From NCBI GenBank assembly GCA_023150835.1, contig JAKLKB010000059.1, forward strand, positions 1-36,733: DNA of 36,733 nt, read 5' to 3'. The translations under genes were made by a program, and so were the position numbers. Position 1 is the stretch's first letter; the number at the start of each line of letters is the position of its first letter. This stretch comes from Myxococcota bacterium. Lineage in GTDB: Bacteria > Myxococcota_C > UBA6777. Shown here one piece after another: positions 8,856-19,125 of this stretch. The notes under the pieces are model-generated. The model was not told the origin of the DNA, ran no database searches, and saw only the letters and a program-made list of their open reading frames with translations.

Positions 8856-9281
8856 TTATTGTTCAAGAAGAGCGCGCACCAATTCATCGATCATGGCGTT
8901 CATACCGCGAGGTTCGCCTTCCAATCGCCAAACGCCACTCCAGCCGAAACGTAGCGTTTGTTGGGTTGTATGCACAAGCACCTGTTGGACACGTGTTTCG
9001 ATGCGAGCGACTTTTTCCACGTCGCCTTGAGCGGCTTTGACAGCGACCTTGCACAAATGATCGGCCAACCACTCTTCGTCTGCGGGTGCAAGGACCGCTT
9101 CACGAAAGATGTCGCGCAATTGTTTTCGCATCTCTTCGCGCAAAGAATCCGAAAAAAGCCCATGAAACTGAGCGTCTTGAGGGGCCGCAACCCGTCGACG
9201 CAACATCACCCCCGCTCCCATCGACTGGATATCCCCTGTCCTCAAAGCTTCCACACGACAAATCCGTTTGCTCTCCAACAT
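8856..9281 (-). CDS. Hypothetical protein
   Basis: GGAGG before ATG 9281, protein-like composition, no recognised motif. Confidence 0.6.
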   Translation of the reverse strand: MLESKRICRVEALRTGDIQSMGAGVMLRRRVAAPQDAQFHGLFSDSLREEMRKQLRDIFREAVLAPADEEWLADHLCKVAVKAAQGDVEKVARIETRVQQVLVHTTQQTLRFGWSGVWRLEGEPRGMNAMIDELVRALLEQ

Positions 9282-9531
9282 CACAACCTCCACAAATCAT
9301 CAAAACGCCCAATCATGCGCTTCTTTTCGCATGCGATTCGGCTAAAAATCTTCCCAAATGCGCAAGATGCCGAAGACACCGCAGCATCGCCTCGCGCACG
9401 TCCGATCTTGGAGGCAAACTCTTGGAGACGCAATTTTTTATCAAAAAGAAGAGGATACAAAGGACAATTGAAGTGAAAAGATGCCTTGTTATACGAAGCG
9501 CTGCTCCCGTCAACGGATCCGCACGCGCCGT

Positions 9532-10664
<1,133 letters not shown>

Positions 10665-10804
10665 GATACGTCTCCCTCAAAACTTATACAGGTGTGTCTC
10701 GGTCAACCCCCACCCCGTCTCTAAGGACCCGACCTGACAAACTGAGCCGAGAAAAAAACCTCCGAAACTTCTACGGCTACGCAGAAGTGACGCAGTTGGC
10801 CCCG

Positions 10805-10925
10805 AAAAACTCGTGTACGCGCCTCTCCAAGCGACAGAGTCGTTGGTTTGAAAAACAATGATCGCTTCGCCGATATGGGGTCAAGGGGCGACAGTCTATG
10901 GCGGGGTTTGGGGTTCCAACCCCAC
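10805..10925 (-). repeat. Repeat A, copy 4
   Basis: Reverse complement carries all conserved blocks. Confidence 0.9.
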
Positions 10926-10954
10926 AAACCCCAACCAACCGCGTAAGCCCTATT

Positions 10955-12523
10955 CTATATCCCCTCACGATGTTTTGCAGCGTTATTTCGGCGGATCTTT
11001 TTGGCGCGCTGGGTCCAACGCTCTGCGCGATCGAAGTCGCCTGTTTGGTGCAACAACGCTGCGTGATTTTCCAAGATCCCCGCTACATCGAGATGATCAC
11101 GACCGAAGACTTTTTCGGCAACAGAAAGCGCTCGTTGATAAGCTTGTTCAGCTTCTCCGTATTGTCCGTTGGTTGTGCATATCCCACCGAGGTTGTTGAG
11201 GATCGCGGGAATCGACGGATGTTGGGGGTGAGCCGCATCAAGAGAACGCAGCGCCAAACGATACAGCGCTCCTGCCTGATCCAGACGCCCTTGGGCGTGG
11301 TAGATCGACGCAAGATTGTTGCGGAGTACCGACACATCGGGATGCGTGTCTCCCTTGATCGCCTGCTGCCACTCTAAAGCCTCGATGTATGCGGCTTCCG
11401 CTTTCTCTGCTTGGTCCGTGTGGCGGTAAGCATCCCCCAATGCAGCAAGCCAGCCGCCGATCGCTTCTTTGTCAGCCTCCAACAGATCCTTACGCAGCCT
11501 TGCGATGGCTTCTTCGTACAACGGGATCGCCTCGGCCTGTTTGCCCTCTGCTTGGAACCAAGCCCCAAGACGAGACAGATCTCGCGCAAAGCCCGATTCG
11601 ACGGTGTGTTGGCCTTGTGTCAAGTGCGCGGTACTTTCTCTCCAAAGCCTCAAGGCTTGTTCAAGCGCAACACGCGCTTCTTGCTTTTTGTTGGTTTGGC
11701 GAGACAGCAACGCGCTTTGTAAAGAAAAAGCCTCGGCACGATCTCGCAGCACCGTAGGTTCGGAAGAATCAGGCAGAAGCAACAACGGTTCAAGCATCTG
11801 CAACGCTGTTTCGTCTTGGTCTTGCAACGCCAACAGATCGGCGATTTCGAGACGGATCGTGTGGGCCTGTTTTGACTCGGAATGCTCGGCGTGGGCTTCC
11901 ATCACACGCAACGCCTCTTCAAAGTACACGACGTTCCCTCGATCTCCTCTTCCCACCAAGAGCGGAACTTCCATCACACGCAACGCCTCTTCAAAGTACA
12001 CGACCGCACGTTGAGGTTGATCGAGACGCAGCGATATCCGCCCCAACAAGACCTTGGTTCGAGCGCCCTCCATCGCAGACGCCGATGGAGACGACGATTG
12101 GATCGCCATCGCCCGCAGCGCGAGCGCCTCGGCTTCTCGAAAAGCATGGCCTTCAAAAGCCAAAGCCGCACTCAAGCTGTGCAGCTCCGCCGATTCAAGA
12201 CTCTGTTCGCCATATCGAGCCTCCGCGATCCACAAGGCTTGTTTGGCGGCTTGCCGCGCTTGTTCGATCTGCCCCTTGCGTCGGTACAGATCGATCGCAA
12301 AGCGCCAGATCTGACCCACACGCACACCACCCTCCCCATAGCGCCGCACCGCTTCGTTCAAGGCTTCTTGAAGATGGCGCTCTGCGGTCTCCAGATCTCC
12401 GCTGTCTGCTTCGCGTTGCGCAGCCCCCAACATCACCCGCCAACGGTAAACCCATAACACCCATCCCATCGAAAAAAACAACACCAACGCTCCAACAGCA
12501 CTCCCGAACAACCACCATCCCAT
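10955..12523 (-). CDS. Membrane-anchored TPR protein
   Basis: N-terminal TM helix; kinesin-light-chain-type TPRs (HPDVSVLRNNLASIY..GRLDQA; ILNNLG..GQYGEAE). Confidence 0.88.
   Translation of the reverse strand: MGWWLFGSAVGALVLFFSMGWVLWVYRWRVMLGAAQREADSGDLETAERHLQEALNEAVRRYGEGGVRVGQIWRFAIDLYRRKGQIEQARQAAKQALWIAEARYGEQSLESAELHSLSAALAFEGHAFREAEALALRAMAIQSSSPSASAMEGARTKVLLGRISLRLDQPQRAVVYFEEALRVMEVPLLVGRGDRGNVVYFEEALRVMEAHAEHSESKQAHTIRLEIADLLALQDQDETALQMLEPLLLLPDSSEPTVLRDRAEAFSLQSALLSRQTNKKQEARVALEQALRLWRESTAHLTQGQHTVESGFARDLSRLGAWFQAEGKQAEAIPLYEEAIARLRKDLLEADKEAIGGWLAALGDAYRHTDQAEKAEAAYIEALEWQQAIKGDTHPDVSVLRNNLASIYHAQGRLDQAGALYRLALRSLDAAHPQHPSIPAILNNLGGICTTNGQYGEAEQAYQRALSVAEKVFGRDHLDVAGILENHAALLHQTGDFDRAERWTQRAKKIRRNNAAKHREGI
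11897..12004. repeat. 36 bp host duplication flanking a 36 bp CRISPR-repeat-like insert
   Basis: 11897-11932 is identical to 11969-12004. The insert at 11933-11968 is GTTCCCTCGATCTCCTCTTCCCACCAAGAGCGGAAC. Confidence 0.9.
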
Positions 12524-12552
12524 GCAGATCCCCTTCGTTCTTGTGTGTGCTT

Positions 12553-12673
12553 TGACTCCCAAGAGGCCGCGCCTGCTCTGACGCCCAAGAGGCCGCACCT
12601 CATCGGGCCTTCGCTGCGATCAATCGGCCATTTGTGTTGCAGTGCATCCTTCGGCTCCCAAGATGCCGCACCT
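12553..12673. repeat. Three short direct repeats in a divergent promoter region
   Basis: cccaaga(g/t)gccgc(g/a)cct near 12558, 12584 and 12657. Confidence 0.7.
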
Positions 12674-12744
12674 TTCGGATGTACGAAGCATCGAAATTGT
12701 GGCGCTTTTTCCTTGCGCTCGACAAGCCCCTTTGTGTCTTGTGC

Positions 12745-12773
12745 TTGCACTTCCGAAGCGAGCGCGCTACCTT
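12745..12773 (+). promoter_or_regulatory. Putative sigma70 promoter of the Smr gene
   Basis: TTGCAC-17 bp-TACCTT. Confidence 0.4.
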
Positions 12774-12815
12774 GCCAGACCAACCGAGTCCACCCACCGC
12801 AGCGCAGAGGACGCC

Positions 12816-13493
12816 ATGCACCGCCAACCCAAAAAACAAGGCTTCAAGCATCTGCCTTTTCTACAAAAAAAGCAGGGGCTTCCCGATCCCGCGTCCCTCC
12901 CGCCCTCGATGGACAAACCCCCTCCCCCCACCGATATACCCGCCCAAGTGGACGATGAAGAACTCTTCGCCGCAGTCATGGCCGACGTGACGCCACTTCC
13001 TGAAAAGCCGATCCTTCCGCCTGATCTAGATCCCCCTCCCCTTTCTTCTTTCGCTCTCAACGAAGAACGCCTTGTGGTGCGCGAACTGGAAGATATCGTC
13101 GAAGGGCGCGCTCCCTTTGATATCATCTTTGGCGATGAGTTTATGGAAGGCTCCGTCCAAGGGCTGGATCCGCGTATCCTTCAACGGCTCAGGCGCGGAA
13201 AATACGCATGGCAAGGGCATATCGATCTACACGGTCTTCGGGTCGACGAGGCCCGCGACGACCTGCTGCAGTTTATCGACGAACATCGCAAAAAAGGCCA
13301 TCGCTGCTTGCTTATTGTTCACGGTCGCGGCAACCACTCTCCAGACGGCGAGCCTGTCCTCAAACGCCGCCTGATCTCTTGGCTAACCCAAGGGTTTCTA
13401 CAAAAAGAGATCCTCGCCTTTGCCACCGCTCGCCCGCACGACGGCGGGACGGGAGCCACCTACGTCTTGCTCCGACGCACACGCGGAGCCTAG
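12816..13493 (+). CDS. Smr/MutS2 family endonuclease
   Basis: LFAAVMADVTPL, IDLHGLRVDEA, LLIVHGRG..S, HDGGTGATYVLL. GAGGA before ATG 12816. Confidence 0.93.
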   Translation: MHRQPKKQGFKHLPFLQKKQGLPDPASLPPSMDKPPPPTDIPAQVDDEELFAAVMADVTPLPEKPILPPDLDPPPLSSFALNEERLVVRELEDIVEGRAPFDIIFGDEFMEGSVQGLDPRILQRLRRGKYAWQGHIDLHGLRVDEARDDLLQFIDEHRKKGHRCLLIVHGRGNHSPDGEPVLKRRLISWLTQGFLQKEILAFATARPHDGGTGATYVLLRRTRGA

Positions 13494-13618
13494 CTCGCCT
13501 TTTGCAAGCTCGCGCAGCGTGAGCGCCTTGTTGTGAGGCACACGCGAAGCCGAGAAGATCCGTCGTATCGAGGGGAACGCCGCACCAAAAGTTCCGAGGC
13601 ACCCCCAAAGTCCAGCGA

Positions 13619-13647
13619 TTGACAGCGCTCCCCCCCTCGCCTATCCT
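13619..13647 (+). promoter_or_regulatory. Putative sigma70 promoter
   Basis: TTGACA-17 bp-TATCCT. Confidence 0.55.
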
Positions 13648-13762
13648 GTCTTGGCGCGGGGCTTTTTTGGCCTTTTGCTGCCTGTTCTGCTGTCTTGCCT
13701 CGCCGCACACACAGTCCCCCGTATGTCCGCCCTTGTAAGCCTTCAGATGATCGGAGGTTTGG

Positions 13763-15940
13763 ATGATTCGCCGCCCGTTTGTATATGGTACTTATTGCTT
13801 TTTGCTTGTGTTCTCTGTGCTGTTTCCTGCTTGCGTCTGCACACCTCCCACATTTCGGACGACGTGCAGCAGCGATGCCGATTGCCCCGTCTCGATGCGT
13901 TGCGATTTTACCACCGCACGCTGCGTCACCAACAAGATCAATCCCACTTGCACAGCCAACAAAGACTGTCCTCTTGGACAATCCTGCATCTCAGGTCAAT
14001 GCACCATCCAATCTTGTGCGGATAACGAAACCATCGCTTGCGTTATCGGCGGCCAAACCGGCCCTTGCTCGGTCGGACAACGCACTTGCCGAAATGCTAT
14101 CTGGTCGGGCTGCGAACCCAAAAACGCCACAGGCGTCCCCGAGACCTGCAATGGCCTCGACGATGATTGCGACGGTCAAGTCGATGAAGACTTCAAAGGA
14201 AAGTTCGAAGCCTGCGAAGTACCCGGGAAACTCGGCCCATGCCGCCTCGGAGTGCAAAGCCGCTGTGTTGCCGCCAAGATCCTTTGCGAGTCGACCTACA
14301 ACCCGATCACCGAATCCATCAACAGCGCCAATTGCAACGACGGCATCGACAACGATTGTAACGGCCTGACCGACAAAGACGACCCCAAGTGCCAAACCAT
14401 CACATGCAAAGCGGGAGACACCCGCCCTTGCTACGATGGACCCGTCGGCACCGAAGGCATCGGAGCCTGCAAAGGCGGCATCCAGTCTTGCATCAACGGC
14501 GTCTTTGGCCCCTGCCAAGGCCAAGTCCTCCCCACCAAGGAGCTCTGCAACAACCGCATCGACGAAGATTGCAACGGTCTTGCAGACGACAAGTGCGGCC
14601 AAACTTGCACCGCAGGACAACAACGCGAATGTTACTCGGGCCCCGAAAGCACCCGCAACGTCGGCATCTGCAAAGTCGGCTCACAGTTCTGCGTCAACGG
14701 CGAATGGTCCGATTGCCAAGGCCAAGTCCTCCCCACCAAAGAGATCTGCGAAGACAAGCTCGACAACGACTGCAACGGCAAGATCGACGATTGCCTCAAC
14801 CCCAACCAATGTAAACTCGGCGAGGTACGGCCTTGCTACACAGCAGCTTCGGGCTGCAAGGCCGATGCAGCAGGCCAATACACTTGCCAAGGCGCGTGCA
14901 AAGCTGGAATGCAAAACTGCGGACCCAACCTAACGTGGGATCCATGCAAAGGAGAGGTCGGTCCTTCGGCGGAGATCTGCAACGACAGCATCGACAACGA
15001 TTGTGACGGAAAGGTCGATGGTTGCGTCGCCCGTGATGAACTACTCTCCGCGAGTTGGGACAGCCTTTCTCCGATCAAACGATGGGACACCAAAACCCCC
15101 AAAGAGCTGCGCAGTTATACGGGCGGCCACACCGATATCGTCTACAGCGTGCGTATCAGCGCAGACGGAAAATACATCGTCACAGGCGGCCAAGACCAGC
15201 GCGTGATCTTTTGGGAAGTCGACACCGGCAAGCTGCTTTGGAGCGGGACCGACCATAACGCCTCGATCTTTTCCACCGCCATCGACACCAAGGGCCAGAT
15301 CATCGCTTCGGGCGCTTCCGACGGAAAGATCTTTTTGTGGAATCCCACCACAGGAAAAGTCGATCGCCGTATCAACGCCAACACAGGCGGCGTTTATGCC
15401 CTTGCCATCGACCGCACCGACCGTTGGCTTGTCTCTGGTGGGGCCGATGCCAAGGTCCAGATCCGCGACTTTGCCGCATCCAATCCCAACGCCGTCAACA
15501 CGCTTTCGGGCCACACCCTCGATATCTACGCCATCGCCATCGATCCAAAAAGCCGATGGATCGCTTCGGGAGGCCGCGATGCCAAGCCGATGATCTGGGA
15601 TCTCAACAACCCCAAACTGCTCTACACGCTCGCAGGACCCACCCTCGGGATCACATCGCTCGCCTTCTCAGAAGATGGAAACACCCTTGCTGTCGGGAGT
15701 TCCGACTATACCATCACCCTCTGGAACATGACCACTTCTCCTCCCACACAGCGCGCCAAACTCACCGCTCCCAACAGCGATCCCGTCTACGCCGTCGCCT
15801 TCCACCCGCTAGGAAACATCCTTGCATCCGGCACTTACAACAGTCACATCATCCTCTGGAACCTCACCACCCAAACCATCCAATCCACCCTCACCAACGC
15901 ACACAACGGCACCGTCTCTTCCCTGATCTTCCGCCCGTAA
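13763..15940 (+). CDS. Exported Cys-rich repeat (MopE-like/putative metal-binding motif) protein with C-terminal WD40 propeller
   Basis: Possible lipoprotein signal (FPAC), repeated ExCNxxDxDCxGxxD motifs, about 7 GH..WD-type repeats, GGAGG RBS. Confidence 0.9.
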   Translation: MIRRPFVYGTYCFLLVFSVLFPACVCTPPTFRTTCSSDADCPVSMRCDFTTARCVTNKINPTCTANKDCPLGQSCISGQCTIQSCADNETIACVIGGQTGPCSVGQRTCRNAIWSGCEPKNATGVPETCNGLDDDCDGQVDEDFKGKFEACEVPGKLGPCRLGVQSRCVAAKILCESTYNPITESINSANCNDGIDNDCNGLTDKDDPKCQTITCKAGDTRPCYDGPVGTEGIGACKGGIQSCINGVFGPCQGQVLPTKELCNNRIDEDCNGLADDKCGQTCTAGQQRECYSGPESTRNVGICKVGSQFCVNGEWSDCQGQVLPTKEICEDKLDNDCNGKIDDCLNPNQCKLGEVRPCYTAASGCKADAAGQYTCQGACKAGMQNCGPNLTWDPCKGEVGPSAEICNDSIDNDCDGKVDGCVARDELLSASWDSLSPIKRWDTKTPKELRSYTGGHTDIVYSVRISADGKYIVTGGQDQRVIFWEVDTGKLLWSGTDHNASIFSTAIDTKGQIIASGASDGKIFLWNPTTGKVDRRINANTGGVYALAIDRTDRWLVSGGADAKVQIRDFAASNPNAVNTLSGHTLDIYAIAIDPKSRWIASGGRDAKPMIWDLNNPKLLYTLAGPTLGITSLAFSEDGNTLAVGSSDYTITLWNMTTSPPTQRAKLTAPNSDPVYAVAFHPLGNILASGTYNSHIILWNLTTQTIQSTLTNAHNGTVSSLIFRP

Positions 15941-16002
15941 ACTCGACCCGACCGCTCCAACCTTGTTTACTTGATTTCTCAGGTGCGCAGTTCGCTTGTG
16001 TT

Positions 16003-16127
16003 GTGGGGTTTCACCCCACGCCCCACAAGGGAGCTTTGCCCCCTTGACCCCGTATCGGCGAAGAGAACATCACTTTTCAAACCAACGGCTATGTCGCTTG
16101 AGCGTGTACGAACACAGGGGGCTTCTT
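16003..16127 (+). repeat. Repeat A, copy 5
   Basis: All conserved blocks present. Confidence 0.9.
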
Positions 16128-16140
16128 GTCCACGTACCAT

Positions 16141-16256
16141 ACGAAATCCGCCCACAGTGCGCTAACATATAGGGGCAGCCACAGGAGGATGCCCAACAAC
16201 AGGGCGTCTACAGCGGATCACACCTATCCTTCGATCACACTTCTCTTGCAGATCGT
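16141..16256 (+). repeat. MITE-like module B, copy 2
   Basis: Colinear with 6230-6350; right TIR degenerate. Confidence 0.75.
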
Positions 16257-16321
16257 ATCACGCCAGCACGAAAAGAGAGCGTCTTGAGGTGCTTCGTGTG
16301 GAGAAGGCCCAGAGAACAGGC

Positions 16322-16350
16322 TTGACAACAAAACGGGTGGCTCCTACTCT
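16322..16350 (+). promoter_or_regulatory. Putative sigma70 promoter of the BMC gene
   Basis: TTGACA-17 bp-TACTCT. Confidence 0.55.
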
Positions 16351-16486
16351 CTGCGCACTCGGAACGAAATGGGTTCGGTTCCTAAGCCTCCCACCTTGTG
16401 TCGCGACAATCAACAGCCCGATCTTTGCGCCCCAAACGCATCTCACAACCGAGCCGATCGAACCTCACCACCACGCACGAAGAAAG

Positions 16487-16537
16487 GACGGCGCTTCCTC
16501 CCCCTCCAAAGAAGGGGGTTTCCACGCCGAAGAGTCG
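16487..16537 (+). mobile_element. Orphan IS200/IS605 (IscB-type) 3' end remnant
   Basis: cggcgcttcctccccctccaaagaagggggtttccacgccg: inner hairpin and outer CGGCG/CGCCG stem, followed by ATGA. Confidence 0.6.
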
Positions 16538-16834
16538 ATGAACACTTCTCACCGCTTGGAAGAAGCCCTTGGCCTGTTGGAATGTGCGAGCTACACAGCC
16601 GCTCTCGCAGCGTCCGATGCGATGCTCAAAGCCTACACAATCGAGTTTTTGGGACTGGAAGATATCGGAAGTGGCACGATCACCACAAAGATCTGGGGCG
16701 ATGTCGAACAAGTCCAGAAAGCCATCGAGATCGGCGTTGAGATGGCCGAACAGGTCGGCGAAGTCATCAGCCTACACGTGATCGCTTCCCCTCATCCTTC
16801 GCTGCGCAAATACCTACGAAAAGAGTCTCTCTAA
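16538..16834 (+). CDS. Bacterial microcompartment shell hexamer protein (BMC-H)
   Basis: ALGLLE..AASDAMLKA..IGSG..GDV..HVIASPH; 98 aa. Confidence 0.92.
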   Translation: MNTSHRLEEALGLLECASYTAALAASDAMLKAYTIEFLGLEDIGSGTITTKIWGDVEQVQKAIEIGVEMAEQVGEVISLHVIASPHPSLRKYLRKESL

Positions 16835-16890
16835 TATTCTCTGAGCGCCAACGTTTCGACCCCGAGGACCCTAGGGGCGACACAGAAGAC

Positions 16891-17013
16891 AAAAGCCCCC
16901 GTGTTCGGGCAACAACAAGCGACAGCATCGTTGGTTTGAAAGACCTCTGCTCTCTTCGCCGATACGGGGTCAAGGGGCGACAGTCTATAGCGGGGTGTGG
17001 TATCTCGCCCCAC
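16891..17013 (-). repeat. Repeat A, copy 6
   Basis: Reverse complement closest to copy 4. Confidence 0.9.
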
Positions 17014-17040
17014 AAAACTTATCACAAGAAAGGAACGCGG

Positions 17041-19086
17041 ATGCAAACAAGATGGTCGGATCAAGCCGCAAAAGAGGCGATCCAACACTACGCCGCCCAC
17101 AACGAAGATATCGCCCTGCGCGTTTACACTTCCCGTCTGATCGGCCAAGAAGACGCGCTGGTCTTACACGGAGGCGGAAACACCTCTGTCAAGACGGTGG
17201 TCCGCAACAAACTCGGCGAAGAGATCGAAGTCCTCGCCGTCAAAGGCAGCGGCTGGGATCTCAAGACCATCGAACCCCAAGGCTTTCCTTGCGTTGATCT
17301 GAACCATTGTCGCAAACTTCGCGCTCTTCCCGCTCTCTCCGACGAAGAGATGGTCAACGAGCTACGAACCCACCTACTCGACTTCAACGCGCCCAACCCT
17401 TCGGTCGAAGCGCTGCTGCATGCGTTCCTTCCACACAAGTTTATCGATCATTCCCATGCAGACGCCATCCTCGCCATCGTCGACCAAGAAGACGCCGTGA
17501 CGATCTGCAAACAGATCTACGGTGACTCCCTTGTCATCGTCGACTACATCATGCCCGGCTTTGCGCTGTCCAAAAAAGCCGCCGAAGCCTACGAAGCCAA
17601 CCCCCATGTCAAGGGACTTTTGCTGCTCAAACACGGGCTGTTCACCTTCGGCGACACCGCTCAAGAAAGCTACGAACGCCACATCGAAGCAGTCACTCTC
17701 GCCGAAACCTACATCCAAAAATCCCAACGCCGCGCCCTCACGATCCCCCATCCCCAAGCACTACCCGAACAGATCATCGAACAGCTTTATCCGATACTGC
17801 GGAGTTTGTATCACGAACTAAGCGGAAAGCCTTGGGTGATCCACACCCGCAACACCGAAGCCACGCGCCAATTTTCCTCCAGCACCGAAGCCCTGTCTTG
17901 GACGCAGTTCGGTCCGATCACTCCCGATCATGTGATCCGCACCAAAGCCACCCCCTGCGTCATCCACGATATCCCCCATGAACCCGAAGCCTTGCGTATG
18001 CACCTTCGCAACGAGATCATCGCCTACCAAGAACGTTACCACGCTTATTTCACGCGCCAACAAACACGCGCAAAGACCGCCAAAACCGAACTCGACCGCC
18101 TGCCGCGTGTGTTTTTGATCGCGGGCCTCGGCCTCGTGACGATCGCTCCCCAAGAAAAAGCCGCCCAGATCGCCGCCGATATCTACGAACACACCCTCGA
18201 AACCATCCAAGACGCGATGGCGATTGGCCGATATCAGCCCGTCAGCGAAGCTGATATCTTTGAGATGGAGTACTGGTCGCTCGAACAAGCCAAGCTCGGC
18301 AAAAGCAGCGCTCCCCCTCTCCAAGGCCATGTCGCCTACATCACAGGAGCGGCCTCAGGGATCGGACTCGCCTGTGCAAAAACCTTCGCCAAAGCGGGCG
18401 CTCACCTCTACCTCGTCGATATCCAAGCCGAGCGCCTCCAAGAAGCCGCCACACAGATCCGCCGTTCGGGCGCATCAGTCGAATGGCAGATGGTCGACGT
18501 CACCGATGCCAACGCCGTCCGCGCCTCTGTCTCCCGTTGTGTCCATCGCTTCGGCGGAATCGACCTCGTCCTCTCCAACGCAGGAGCCGCCTTCCAATCC
18601 CTGATGGCCGATTGCGAAGACGATCTCTTACAACGCAGCTTTGCCCTCAACTTCTTCTCCCACCAGTCCCTCGCCCAAGCCGCCACACAGATCATGCGAC
18701 GTCAACGATACGGCGGCGCTTTGTTGTTCAACGTCTCCAAAGCCGCCCTCGATCCCGGCCCTCAGTTCGGCCCCTATGCCACCGCAAAAGCCGCAACAAT
18801 GGCCCTGATGAAGCAATACGCCCTCGAAGGAGCCCCCCACAAGATCCGCGCCAACGCCGTCAACGCGGATCGTATCCGAACAGGCCTCTTTACCGAAGAG
18901 TTCGTCCAACAACGCGCCGCTGCGCGTGGCCTCGCTCCCGAAGCCTACTTCCGCGCAAACCTCCTTGGTGTCGAAGTCTACGCCGAAGATGTCGCGCAAG
19001 CCTTCCTGCATCTTGCACTTGCAGAAAAAACCACCGCCACGATCTTGACCGTCGATGGCGGAAATATCGCAGCCAGCCCACGTTAA
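17041..19086 (+). CDS. Bifunctional class II aldolase / short-chain dehydrogenase (rhamnulose-1-phosphate aldolase/SDR type)
   Basis: LHGGGNTSVK, PSVEALLH, HSH, HGLFTFG, TPDHVIRTK, EYWSLEQAKL; SDR half has TGAASGIG, NAG and YATAK. Confidence 0.93.
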   Translation: MQTRWSDQAAKEAIQHYAAHNEDIALRVYTSRLIGQEDALVLHGGGNTSVKTVVRNKLGEEIEVLAVKGSGWDLKTIEPQGFPCVDLNHCRKLRALPALSDEEMVNELRTHLLDFNAPNPSVEALLHAFLPHKFIDHSHADAILAIVDQEDAVTICKQIYGDSLVIVDYIMPGFALSKKAAEAYEANPHVKGLLLLKHGLFTFGDTAQESYERHIEAVTLAETYIQKSQRRALTIPHPQALPEQIIEQLYPILRSLYHELSGKPWVIHTRNTEATRQFSSSTEALSWTQFGPITPDHVIRTKATPCVIHDIPHEPEALRMHLRNEIIAYQERYHAYFTRQQTRAKTAKTELDRLPRVFLIAGLGLVTIAPQEKAAQIAADIYEHTLETIQDAMAIGRYQPVSEADIFEMEYWSLEQAKLGKSSAPPLQGHVAYITGAASGIGLACAKTFAKAGAHLYLVDIQAERLQEAATQIRRSGASVEWQMVDVTDANAVRASVSRCVHRFGGIDLVLSNAGAAFQSLMADCEDDLLQRSFALNFFSHQSLAQAATQIMRRQRYGGALLFNVSKAALDPGPQFGPYATAKAATMALMKQYALEGAPHKIRANAVNADRIRTGLFTEEFVQQRAAARGLAPEAYFRANLLGVEVYAEDVAQAFLHLALAEKTTATILTVDGGNIAASPR

Positions 19087-19125
19087 ACGGCCTCATCCCG
19101 GCCTTCAAAGCACACAGGATCTCCC

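Noticed and set aside
9360-9371. 12 bp match (gcgcaagatgcc) to the IscB guide as a self-target
   Set aside because: Short, mismatched at the TAM-proximal base and not followed by ATGA; compatible with chance.
11897-12004. Conventional CRISPR array (two repeats, one spacer)
   Set aside because: The duplicated part is TPR coding sequence without repeat features, and the repeat-like sequence is the middle piece. There is no leader or cas gene.
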